NCBI GenBank assembly: GCA_008632985.1 | Contig: QPGO01000051.1 | Span: 310,001 to 352,178 of the forward strand | Source: Psammoneis japonica | Lineage: Eukaryota | DNA: 42,178 bases | Reading direction: 5' to 3' | In this document: piece by piece, positions 21,589 through 32,650 of the stretch | How the letters are laid out: each line of letters begins with the position of its first letter | Numbering within the stretch: position 1 is the stretch's first letter | Notes under the pieces: generated by a model | The model's database searches: none | Told to the model about the DNA's origin: nothing | The model's input: the letters and a program-made list of their open reading frames with translations, nothing else | Made by a program: the position numbers and the translations under genes

Positions 21589-23248
21589 CTATGGTTCTCT
21601 CAGGACAGCAAAGTTCTGGTCGTCGTTATCCTCTTCACAGCGACGTACCCATACGTTATTTTCGGAACAGCTCTTGCAGAAATCAATGCAAAGGTCAAAC
21701 TCTTCATTCACAATTTGATACAAGTCGTCACTCTCTGGTACTTCTTCCAGCTTCCAACGAAACTCGTCATCCGATTCGTCACAAGGAAGCAAGTCGAGAG
21801 GATAAGCTATTTGGTCTCGACCAGGATAGGCCACAGCGAGACATCTGAGGCTACCGTCTTCCAACTCTATTTGAATCAATCCGCTACCCGCAAATATGTT
21901 GTTTTCAGCTTGGAAACTCCAGATCGTTCTGTCATTGCTGCTGCACGACTCGTCTGTGCGTAAGCTGTACTCTGTCTCCTCATCAAACTGAAAATTGAAT
22001 GGTTCGTAATCATCATAGCTCAGGCAGAGACCAGAGTAGCTGTTCTCGAATTTGACCTCGACAGAAGGCAATCCTGGAGGTGGCGTTGGCCGCCTTGTCG
22101 GATTTTGTGTTGGAAGTCTCGTAGATTCAGAAGAAGGAGGCGATGTCGGAGGTCTCGTAGGTTCAGGAGAGGGAAGCGGTGTTGGTGGACTTGTCGGCCT
22201 ATCTGTTGGACGCGGTGATGGTACATCAGTTGGTTTTCGGGTCGGAGAAGGCGTGTCTCGAGGAGTCGGACGCTGCGTACGCGATGGCAGTGTTGGAGTG
22301 GGCGTCACAGGAGGAGTCGTAGGTTCAGGTGTCTCTGGCGTGTCTCGAGGTGTTGGTCTAGGAGTCGGTCGTTGTGTCCGTGACGGAGTTGATGGCGGCG
22401 TAGGATCATCTATTGGGTCTCTTTCTGTCGGTGACAAAGTGGCAGTTATTGTTGGCCTTTGGCTAGGTTGGACTGGTGATAGAATCGTCGGGGATATTGT
22501 TGGGGATCCTGGTGGCAATGTCGTGGGAGATATTGTAGGAGACCCGGTGGCAATATCGTGGGAGAAAATGTAGGAGACCCTGGAGTTGGTGTTGGTGGCT
22601 GAGGAATTTCAGTCTGCGGATTGCCAGTCGTCGTTGGACCTGAAGTTGGCGAATCTGGAGCTAAGGCGGTAAACAACCCTTGCGTCTCAAAAGTAAAATC
22701 TCCTGAAATGTAAAGAATGGGATCAGGGATCTGGCGTAAGACACGTCGGGTCAGTCGGCCAGAAAAATCACCAAAGTACACCTCAAAGAATCCATCTTGG
22801 ATGCCATCTCCCCCAGTATCCACAACAGAGAGTATGCATACTTCTCCCTCCACAACATGAACAAGTACCTGAATTTGTGCATTCGGTTGGGTGTAAGACC
22901 CGCACGAACAGACGTCACGGGTTGAGACTGACACGCCAGTGCCCATCCCGTTTCTTGAGGCTTCTCGTCAAGTTGAATCAAAATCGTAAGTGGAACTGTA
23001 CTTTCAGGTGGTTCAGAGGCAACGCTGGCTGCGCCTTTTTTCGGTCTAGTCGTCACCACTGTAATCGCCAAAATAGCTCCAATTGTAATCAGTATTAATA
23101 TGGTAACAATGACGACAGGTCGCGTACATCGTCTCCTAATCCCTTCGAGGCTTCCAGACGATGGTACCTCAATCTCATATGGGACAAACGCTTCATCAAG
23201 TGTGACCTCGCTGGTCGTCCCATCTCTCTCAATATGCCTCTTTGTCAT
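21589..23248 (-). CDS. Type II membrane protein: TM, small beta domain, long Pro/Thr/Ser stalk, C-terminal ricin-B (beta-trefoil) lectin; two 1-nt frameshifts (~22898, ~22543)
   Basis: TM VVIVTILILITIGAILAITVV; IQLDEKPQETGW and VDTGGDGI motifs; PT/SPT repeats; ricin-type repeats SGLCL..C..W, RCL..C..W and LCID..C..Q. Three ORFs join at CGGGTCT sites that each lack one G. Confidence 0.75.
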
Positions 23249-24072
23249 TGGGTTGGCTTGTTTCTCTTTTCTCTGGTTCTTCTGCCTCTTCGGTGTGTTC
23301 CGGCCATGAATGCAACGGTATGTTCGTTTTTTCTCGTTGCTCAAAATTTCGAAAAAATTAGTGATGCGACCAGCACGTAACAACGCAACCTACGTAGCAT
23401 CCAGTACAAAATCACGTAGAGATTTCCGTTCCTTCACCAGTCCCGGATCGATCTTCACATCATCATTTTCCGTGACTTGAGACTGAAGATGGACAGACCA
23501 TTTCACGACCAACGTCTTTCCGTCCGTCCATCTGTCCTGCCTGCACCCTGCACCAGGACGGCGCTACCCTAGCTAGCGAGAGCGAACTACTGTATTTCCA
23601 ATTTGTGTTGCTTTTCCCCTCGAAACATGGATTAACCTAGAGTTTTTAGTTTGACGAGGAATGCACTGAAAAAGGAAACAAAAAGCTAGTTGCAATTCGC
23701 AGCTGAGGCTGAAAAGAGCAACTGCCGAGAAGAAACTTGAAACTAGAAGTAGTGGGCATTCCTGCGTGTAAAGGTTGTTATGCTTTGATGTAGTCGTAGA
23801 AACAGCAAATTATTGAGACCTTCCTCTACTAGTGGGCTTGCTCTAGAGGTGTGGCGATACGTAATTAGTGTAAGAGAAGAAACTTATGCAAGAATAGTGT
23901 TCGCAATAATGAAATCTTTCCGTCAAAGTGCGGGCGACATCAACTTCTGTATTGTACTGCAGTCCAAACCTTATCCCATGACCCAAGCACAAGTTTATGA
24001 GTTCCTTCATAGCATGTTGATCCAGGTCAAAGCATAAAAGGAGCGCAAAAACGTATTGCCATCCAACACCAC

Positions 24073-24871
24073 TTATGAATTGCTACTCGTCATCCAGCTA
24101 GCAAACCGAGCGACGCAGGCTGCTTGGAGTTTGACACACGCCACAACGACTGGTCGTAAAAGTTTCGCCATGGCACTCGCTAGCATATGCAGTCCCGCCG
24201 ATCCACCGGGTATAAAGGATATAAGGTACCACAAGAGCGCCACTAATTGACAGCCACTTGACGCCAACACAAGGACGTAACCAGATGCGCCACCAGCATT
24301 AAAGGTAAAGTAAATGGTCGCAAACATGCTTGCAAGATAGATAGTTGTAAAGGGAAGTCTTTCTGCAGTCAGCATGCTTTTGAAGTGCTCCATAGGACCA
24401 ACTAGAATACCAAAGCTTCCCATAAACGTAAGCGATCCGAATGTGAAACAGAGAGCGAATTTTTGAGGCCGAACGGCAATAAGAGGCATGCCCACGCCGA
24501 ATCCCAAGCCAAAGAAGAGCGCCGATAGAAAGATCAAAGCCGTAAACATCTTTGAATACAAAACATGATTGGCAATCAACAACAACGGTTGAGCAAGTGA
24601 AAGCGAATTCGTTTCAACGGCCTCGCAACAAACATACCGAGTTCAAATTTTTGAAACATACCTTTAGTCGCTGCTGATAGTTCATACCCATGACTTTCTG
24701 TGGCATTTGTGACTCCATACTAGCCTTGAGACTGGACATGCTGTACTGACTCGTGTCTCCAAACAGAGGAAGCGTATCGCCGTCGCCGCCCCACCACGAG
24801 GAGGATGTTTCGTTGCCGTCCTCCTCGGATGTTTTTTGATCCTCATACCACTGCCCAAAACCCGTTGACAT
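24073..24871 (-). CDS. SFT2: Got1/Sft2-family vesicle transport protein; 2 exons (24871-24662, 24549-24073)
   Basis: Motifs MNYQQRLK, RPQKFALCFTFGS, ERLPFTTIY and LWYLISFIPGG; GT-AG intron 24661-24550 (112 nt); 228 aa. Confidence 0.9.
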
Positions 24872-25619
24872 TTTTTTCTTCTACGTATAACTCAGCTATC
24901 AACTGTGCCATTCAATCAGGCGTATCCTGCAATGGGAGATCAAACGGTTCGGGTTGCAATAATAAACCCAAAACAGGCAGAGCATTTTGAGTCATCGCTC
25001 ATACGTATCCCAGACGACTTCATCGTTGGAGATACCGCAACCGCACCGCGCGCACCCGCGCTCTCCTTTTCAACAAGACTCCCTCCTCCTCACCATCATC
25101 CATCGCTTTCTCCACCACGCTGCCTCCCGTGCTGCTCCCTTCCCTGATCACTCCCTGGCCACAGCCTTCCTTCCAGCATCGCTTTGCGACCACCAATGAT
25201 CCAGGTGTCGCACTGGCCGTCAAGATTTCTTGAAACAAAACCCGACATTTTCTCCCTTTGATCCAAGGTCGTGCTGATTTGTCAAGTCAGCTTTTCTGAA
25301 ATGTCCAACAACAAACATCTGTGTTCCTCAATTTAACTGTTTAACCCCCCCCCATCCGACAAGCCTCATGTGTGTGTTTGGCTCCATTTCAATTTCTGGA
25401 TCATGCGTCAATCAACTTTCTGGATCAAAGTCGCCGCCTGCATCATCAGCCAATCTAGACTCTCCAATTGTTTTCTCAATTTTCTCTCCCTGCCCATTCC
25501 ATCCTTCCTTCCAGTCCATCCGCACGTTGCATCTCCACGTTTCTGCCCTCACTGTGTCCCCAAGTGATTGTTGCTGCACCCACTGTTTCCTTTCGATTCT
25601 CTTCTCAACTCCTTCGTCC

Positions 25620-25830
25620 ATGCACATGTCGGCCATGTCGTCTGATGGTCTTGTTTGTCCATGGTGCAAACGAACCGGTTTCTTTTCCGAACGTGGCCTC
25701 AGCAGGCACATCGCAACCAACTGCCTCCATTCCGCCATTTCCACCAAGTCTTTTGGTTGTCCTCGTTGCGGACAATGTGGGTTTGACTCTGAAAACAACG
25801 TGCAGTGTCACCTGTCTCGGCACTGCACCG
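25620..25830 (+). pseudogene. Remnant ORF with two C2HC/C2H2-like zinc fingers
   Basis: CPWCKRTGFFSERGLSRHIATNC and CPRCGQCGFDSENNVQCHLSRHC, followed by Ser/Pro-rich and then acidic low-complexity sequence. Confidence 0.6.
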
Positions 25831-26279
25831 CAGCATCTGGTCTCCACCCCCCATTGACACAGTTGCGCCGCACAACCCAATTGTCTTCTTCATCCGGCGG
25901 AGCATCTCTTTCCTCTCATCCTCTGGATTCTGCCTCCGTGGCTCCCTTGGATCCAACACCAACAAACCCAAATGTCCCCATTGCCGTGTTCCCTTTTCCA
26001 ACATCGCCCTTCATCTACAGAAGCACTCACCCTGCCATGAAAAGGAGGAAATGTCCCTTCGCCTGCATGCTGCATCTTCTGCTGCCGCCCGTGCACTTCC
26101 CCCTCCAGACAATGAATCACTGGATGACCATGATGAATCACTGGATGACCATGATGATCATCACTGACAGGATTGTGAGCAACAAAATTGTTTTCTGTGC
26201 TTTTGAGACAGCTGGGGTGACCCATTTGGTGAGATCATTCAGCAAACAGGATCGATGAAGATCACATCACACATGACTG

Positions 26280-26410
26280 TTTGCGAAAAAAACATCTGTG
26301 GTGCACCCAACAGACAGACTGCCATTGTCAAAACATCACATGGGACCATTTACAAAAAAAACATCCGTGGTGCACACAACAGACAGGCTGCCGTTGGCAA
26401 CACACATTTG
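26280..26410. repeat. ~68-bp tandem duplication (possible subterminal repeat)
   Basis: AAAAAAACATC(T/C)GTGGTGCAC(C/A)CAACAGACAG(A/G)CTGCC occurs twice. Confidence 0.7.
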
Positions 26411-26529
26411 GCGAAAAAGCCATTTTCGTTGGAAAGTTGTGGGTGCAGACTTTTGCTGGATTGGGTCTGTTCCACTTAAAGAAAAAGACTGGGTGCCATT
26501 TGATTTGGTAGAACAGGCATTTTCAGAGA

Positions 26530-27300
26530 ATGGCGCGGAAGTGTTCTGTGAACGGATGCCGGAAATTTGCCCGTTGGCCAACAACGTCATGCCAGAAACA
26601 TGGCAAGTTGCTGGCACACCCGGACGAAAAGAAATCTCATGTCGTCAAAAGCAAGAAGGCGGGGTCCAAAGAAAGAGAGCACCAGGAAAGAAAAAAAGTC
26701 TGCTTGCAAAAATTCAAAACACCACCACCCCTGCTCAACAAGATGACAACACTGGCAAACAAGGCACCAAGCAGCAAGGGAGAGAAGGAAGGACACCATT
26801 TTGTCGGTGAGTTTGCCATTGACAAAAAGGACAAGGCGGAAGGTGTTGGGTTGGCAGAAAAAATGTTGGAGTTAATTTCTGGCTTTCCCCTGGCAGGTGA
26901 TTTGAGCAGAAAGACATCCCGGCACACAGTGGCAAACGCTCCTGCTTCAAGTTCAAGATCTGGCTTCTGGTCAAAGGGGGAAATTCATCGCAATTACGTG
27001 GAAACCAAATTGTCACCTGGCAACAAAATTTTCACCATGTTTCTGTTCCTTGATGACACAACGGAGCACAATGGTGCAGTGGAGATGTGGCCGGACAGTT
27101 GTGAGGTGACATTGAATGAGAAGGAATGTGAAAGACACTTGGTTGGGTTGGGTTTGGAAAAACAATTGCTGGTTGGAGAAGCAGGCACTGCATTTGTTTT
27201 TGATGCAAGAATGTTGCGCCGAGCTTTGCCCAACAAAACGAGTTCGGATCGAAGGAACATGGCATGTCCAGTCCATAATTTCAACACAGCAAGCATGTGA
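26530..27300 (+). pseudogene. PhyH-like 2-oxoglutarate/Fe(II) dioxygenase with mutated metal ligands
   Basis: IHRN (expected HxD), TMFLFLDDTTEHNGAVEMWPDS, GEAGTAFVFDARMLRR (expected LLHR) and PNKTSSDRR. N-terminal CSVNGC..C.KH zinc-binding motif and a basic region. Confidence 0.7.
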
Positions 27301-27424
27301 ACACAGCAAGCGTGTGAACAAGCAGGTGTTGGAACACAAAACTGGTGAAGCAGCAAGTCAACACAGGCAAAAGTGGGTTTGTGAAAAGGGCCAGTTGACA
27401 ATTCATTGCTTGCACAGATGACAG

Positions 27425-28170
27425 TCACATTGTGAACAAAGTGGAACTGCAAAGTTGCCCAATTTTGGCAGGCTTGAATTTGCGTTTGATGTCAGACCCC
27501 AGGTCGTTCCCAGTGGAATGCCTTGTCTCCACGGCAATGTCTCTTTTCTTGGTGCACTTGTGAAGTGGGTGCCTGTCGACACCGTCTCCCCACAATGGAT
27601 CATCTGGACAGGCAGGAACAAAGAATGCTTCATGCCTCCATTTGTGCATGTGAGCACAAAACATCGCATCCAGTGAAATGACAACAGTGCCTTCAGGACA
27701 CTCGTTGGACAGCATCTCCTCGAGTTGGTTCTGTGTCGCGTTGTTGTCAAAAAGCATTCGCCCATTGCAGCTGTTGAAGAAAATCTTTAAGTTGTTCAAA
27801 CGGTGCAACCAACGCACAGCATTGTCTTCGGAGAGCAAGTGTCCTGATTTGTCAGGGTCGGAAAGCGACTGGCGTTGTTGTGCCATGTGGCATTGCACCA
27901 CTGAGAGCCAAGATCATGACGGGGATGGTGGAACTCGATGCTGCAGGCATTGCAGGCAGGAACAAGCAGACGACAGGCAATCGCAAAACCGCCAACACCA
28001 CCACCAACGTCGAGGAAATTAAAACGGCTTTGAATTTGTGCCGCAAAGAGAGCGGGGCTACAAATGACCTCGGCGGAGAAGGCAAAGCTTGCCGCACCAC
28101 CATGAGATTCCACACCACCACCAGCAAAACGACCAATTTGATCATCAATTGGTGGCATGTGATTGCAACA
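27425..28170 (-). pseudogene. DOT1-like class I SAM-dependent methyltransferase, frameshifted near 27850
   Basis: ESHGG (cf. YGE), FLDVGGGVG (motif I, 27991-28017), SIEF..PRHD, then in the next frame KIFFNS..LF (cf. IFVNN.F) and PEGTVVISL (cf. GxRIVS). Order and spacing match the DOT1 catalytic domain. Confidence 0.6.
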
Positions 28171-28889
28171 GAGGGAACACGCGCTCCCATGACGGGAACG
28201 ACTCACAACAACCACATCTTGATGACAATGACAAACTTCAGTGGACATTAAAGTGGGTTGGAAAATTTGGGCAACAGAGAGAGCAGTTGGACAAACATGG
28301 TGTCGGGGAAGCAGAGGGAATGACCCATTAAGACAGGGATGACAAACAGGAGGTTTGACACGACTCAATGCACCAAATGAAGCAGATGTTGCATCCAGAA
28401 GGAAGTGCAATGCATGCATCAATGCAAGGAGACATGACACATTGTTTGGCATTGATTTGGATGACATGGCAATCTTCATTGGTGCATTGGATTGGCTGAC
28501 AAAGGCACACAATTCAAAACAGTGAAACGTTGACAGAAATGCAAACATGGGGTTGGGAATGAGCACTCAAAAATGATGCAAAGACCTGTTTGAATCAAGA
28601 GAGGACACGCGAGCAATGGCAAAACCGAGAAAATCACATGCAAAGTGCGCTCTTTTTGCAACTTGCCTTTCACAAAGCAACAGGAAAGGACGGAAGTTCC
28701 AAACAAGAGGAAGCCATTGGGAAGGTAAAAAAAATGGAGGACACAGTTCTCACAGGAGCAACGGAGGGAGGAATTGCAACTTCCAGCGGCAAGTGAGACC
28801 AAGGAAGGACATGACAAAGAGTTGCTGATGAACTGACACAACTGTTGGATTGATCTGTGTGGTGTCACATGAAGTCACCATGAGCTGCG

Positions 28890-30014
28890 GTGGCGGCCTT
28901 GTTGCATGCACAAAGAAACGAACATGGGGAATTGAACAGATTCCAGCACGCAGGTGGCGATTCAAGTTCGGCGGTGACTCCCACAGAGGGATGTCTTGTG
29001 TTGGATCGTGCACTGGCGGTGGGCAAGAAATTGACAGCATCGATGTTGACTGAGGTCATCAATGAGAGTGTTTGGCCATGTCGCAAGTTCACAATCTTTG
29101 ATCATGAACTCGCCGTGGGAGGAGATTGCATGAAATTGGTTCTGCAGGAGCCAAGGAGCATGGCGTCTTCACCAGAGAAGTTCTGGGAAGAATGCAAAGA
29201 GGTGCTCAGGACCAAACTCAACTGAAAGAGGAACAATGTGCAGGACAACATTGGGAGGAGAATGACAGGCAAGCAGATGTGTGCGTGCCGGTGATTGTGT
29301 TGGAGGCAATTGTCTGGCGGGATGAGCGTCTCTTCCTTTGCTTTCATCTGCACAGCCGCTGCTTTAGAGGGATCGCTGGTGGCTTGCGAAGACTTGACAA
29401 AGGGAAGAAATGACAAGGACACATGCACGTGGTTCTTGGAAACTGTGGTGCCAACGGTGGTGGGACAAGTGCAGTTTGGCAGAAGCACAACCGACATGCT
29501 TCAGGAATGGCTTTCGGTTTCGTCAGAGGCGTTTGCTCTGCTGGTGCACTTGAGCTGCTGCAACAAGGTGAAGGACACGGCAGAGAAATTGGAAAAGGAA
29601 GAAAATGTTGCAAGGAGAAGAAAGCCAACTGTGAAAGATGCTGCTCCCACAAAGTGCACAGCGCAGGTGGTGGGGGAATCGGCAAAGAGGAACCAAGGAT
29701 GGAGCAAGGAGGGGATCAAGAAGTGCAATGATCTGTGTCAGTGGGTGGTGAAAGACAGAGAGAACAACCAGGGATTCGGTGCATGGTTCAAGGAGAGAAG
29801 GCAAGAGAAGACAAACTTGTCTCAGGAGGAAAACAAGAAACACAAAAGAGAGGAAAAAAGAAAGGAGAGAGAGGAAGGATGGGCGGCGCCAATGGGAGAG
29901 GACCTGCCATTGCAGGCGGTGGCTGCAGGCAACGGAGCGGCAGCAAATGCCGCAATGGCCGCCAACCAACTGGTGTGCAAACGTAATTTGAAACAAACAA
30001 TAAAATCTGGATGA
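28890..30014 (+). pseudogene. Decayed diatom transposon accessory gene (S-EAF..L / KYT / GWS.EG..YN.L..V..DR type)
   Basis: VWPCRKF, FWEECKE..LN*KRNN, SVSSEAFALL, PTKCT and QGWSKEGIKKCNDLCQWVVKDR. Internal stop at 29223-29225, a probable intron at ~29270-29350, and expected Tyr residues appear as Cys/His. Confidence 0.6.
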
Positions 30015-31879
30015 GCAAAAATTAAAAAAAACATTCTGCGACACGGTTTAGATGCAATGACGTGTGGCAATTGGGAATTTGGATTTGAAAATGGCACAGC
30101 AAAGAGATAAAATGTAGGACGAGTTGGTGGAAAAGGAGGGCGGGTTGCAAGCAGCAACATTTGTGTTAAAAGAACGAGAAACCCCAAATGTCAATTGGGG
30201 TGCAGGTCAGCATCATGTGAAAGGAATGATCACGCTTAAAAGTGAGAAGCGACTCAGGTTTTAGAAGCTTAAAAACTCGTGCAGTTCTCACATTGTGTTC
30301 AAGGAGAGAATTGGCTCATGAGTTGACAATGATCTGGCATTAAAGTCAAGAAATGCCCAGATTGTGGCAGACGGTCAGACCCAGATTGTTGGCATCCCAG
30401 ATGCATCTCACAGCATCAAATTGCCATCAGGTTCTGCTGTTGCTCTTCCACACTGTTTTCGGCTCTCCTTGTCCTCTTGGCACAACCCTCATTCCACCTT
30501 GCACCTTCGCACGATCTTCCATCACTGTGCTCCGGTCCTTGCTTCTGCTGCCACCCTTTCTCCTGCCTCCCCGGCTGCTCCAGTTAAGTCAGCTGTTCTT
30601 CCTGGCCTGGCTTTCCACCTCTGCCACGATCATCAACAGCAACTGGCTGCTTCTGCTCTTCCAATGCTCTCTCCAATGCCTGGGTGCAAAGGCCAACAAG
30701 TCATTTTCCAATGGACCCAATTTTTTGCAGGAGTGCTTCAATCTTGAAGTTGCCAAATTGGTCAATCTGTGCAACCTGTTTTGCCCAGATGTCACAGGAG
30801 GTTGACAAAACAGAGAAAGAAGCAGCTGTTGTTGTGAGGTTCTTGATGAGACCCTTTTGATGAACACACAAAGTGGGTTGACAGTTTTTGTGCCATGGTG
30901 GAGGAAAGGTTGTGGCCAAATGTGATTCTTTGTGGCACTGTGAAAAATGACAAAAGGGTGTTGATGAGGACGACTTGCCAGAACACAATGAAGATGTGTG
31001 GTCTGGTCATGAGAGCACTGTGGGGGCCATTGTGAAAAAGACGCCGGCCCAAATCTGGACATTGGAGACCACTTGTCTGAGCACCTGCAACTCCTCAGCA
31101 ATCACCTGGAAAGTGCAAAGAACATGGAGTTTTTGGAAGTCAATGTTGGCTTTGTTTTTTTGCATGAAGACAATGAAGAGAGTTCCCACTGTGACAACTG
31201 CAATGATGAGGACTCACAGGCAACAGTTGCTTTCCCACTGTTGGGGCCAGAAAATCAATCTCAGCTGTGGTCTTTTTTCACATTGTCGCCAAAAAATCTG
31301 AAGCCCTGTTGAGATGCAAGATCAGCTTTCCCTTTCAACCAAGGAACATCATTTTCACAAGCAAAAATGGTTTGAAGGAAAATCCGCAGCATCGCAACAT
31401 GGCCCCACCCGCCACCAACACAGGTCATCTGCAGACTTTTCTTGCAACACAACTTGCTCACAGGCTCATCCAGGGAAATGCCATTGTGAGCGTTGTCTGC
31501 TCCAGCACAGGATGGTGCTTCCACTGCCCAAGCATGGTTTCAGCTGGCACCTGCAAGGCCACATTGAGTCTCCCATGTCCATCCAAAGACAACTGCATGC
31601 TCACACTGACATGGAGTTCCATCACATGACTCTTCATGTGCAGCTCACAGCTGAAATCCTGTCATCTCATGAGCAGAGTGGGCTGCCAAGGCCCATGAAA
31701 AGTCCTCCAGTGCCTGCCCAGGCTGCTTGTTGGGTCCCCTGTGACAAAACAGAGTTGACCATGTCCTTCCAAAGACAAATGGTGAACTGGAGACAGCTGC
31801 TGATGGGCCCCTTTGCTTTCCAGGTGGTGTGGCCAGGCAGAGTCCGGCCAGCATGTCAGAAGGAAAAGGGTCTGCCTCG

Positions 31880-32650
31880 GCGCATTGACACAACACAAGT
31901 GCTCCAGCAGCACCCAACTGCGGTTCTTTTTGGGTCCCCTGTGGGCACCCACTGGTGGAGTTGCTCATGTTCATCACAAAACAATGTTGGACTTGCACTG
32001 CTCCAAAAGCGCGCCCCTTCACTCTGTGGGTGTGGCTGCTGCGTGCCAAACCCTGCAATCTCAGGAGGATCGGGGCACCTGTCAACACAACACTGCCATT
32101 CCAACTCCTCACCATGGTTCATTTTGGGTCCCCTGGCACTGCCTGCTCTGCCCGTGCCCATCACAAGACAACATTGGACTTGTGCTGCTCCAAAAGCACA
32201 CCCCTTCACTCTGCAGCTGTGTCCGCTGTGCCAAGCCCTGCGCAACATCAGGAGGGCCAGGGGCCCTGTCAACACAACATGTCAATTCCTGCACCCAACC
32301 ACAGTTTATTTTGGGTGCCCTGGCACCACACAGAGTTGCCCACGTCCACCACAAGACAACATTGGGCTTGCGCTGCTCCAAAAGCACCCTGCTGTGCCAA
32401 ACCCTGCAATCTCAGGAGGACCAGGGGACCCATCAACACAGTGCAGCTGTTCCAATTCCCAGCAATGGCTCTTTTTGAATGCCCTGGCACCCAGTGGAGT
32501 TGCCCAGGTCCATCATAAGACAACATTGGACTTGTGCTGTTCCAAAAGCACATCCCTTTGCTCTGTTTGTGTGGCTGCTGTGCCAAACCCTGCAACCCCA
32601 GGAGGGCCAGGGGCCCCGTTGACACAACGCAAGTGTTCCAATGGGTGCTG
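31880..32650. repeat. Tandem array of about 4 diverged 163-188-bp units
   Basis: The anchor CA(T/C)CA(C/T)AA(A/G)ACAA..TTGG.CTTG..CTG.TCCAAAAGC occurs at 31972, 32159, 32347 and 32510; GTGCCAA(A/G)CCCTGC is in each unit. Confidence 0.85.

Noticed and set aside
22052..22573. Gly/Val-rich plus-strand ORF
   Set aside because: Antisense shadow of the Pro/Thr stalk of the lectin gene.
26302..30203. Possible CAC-type termini for the cargo cassette (TGCACCCAA versus inverse TGCACCCCAAT)
   Set aside because: The match is too short to call as TIRs without other copies.
31880..32650. Possible CRISPR array (also considered for 11447-11485)
   Set aside because: Whole units are homologous with no unique spacers, there are no cas genes, and the context is eukaryotic.
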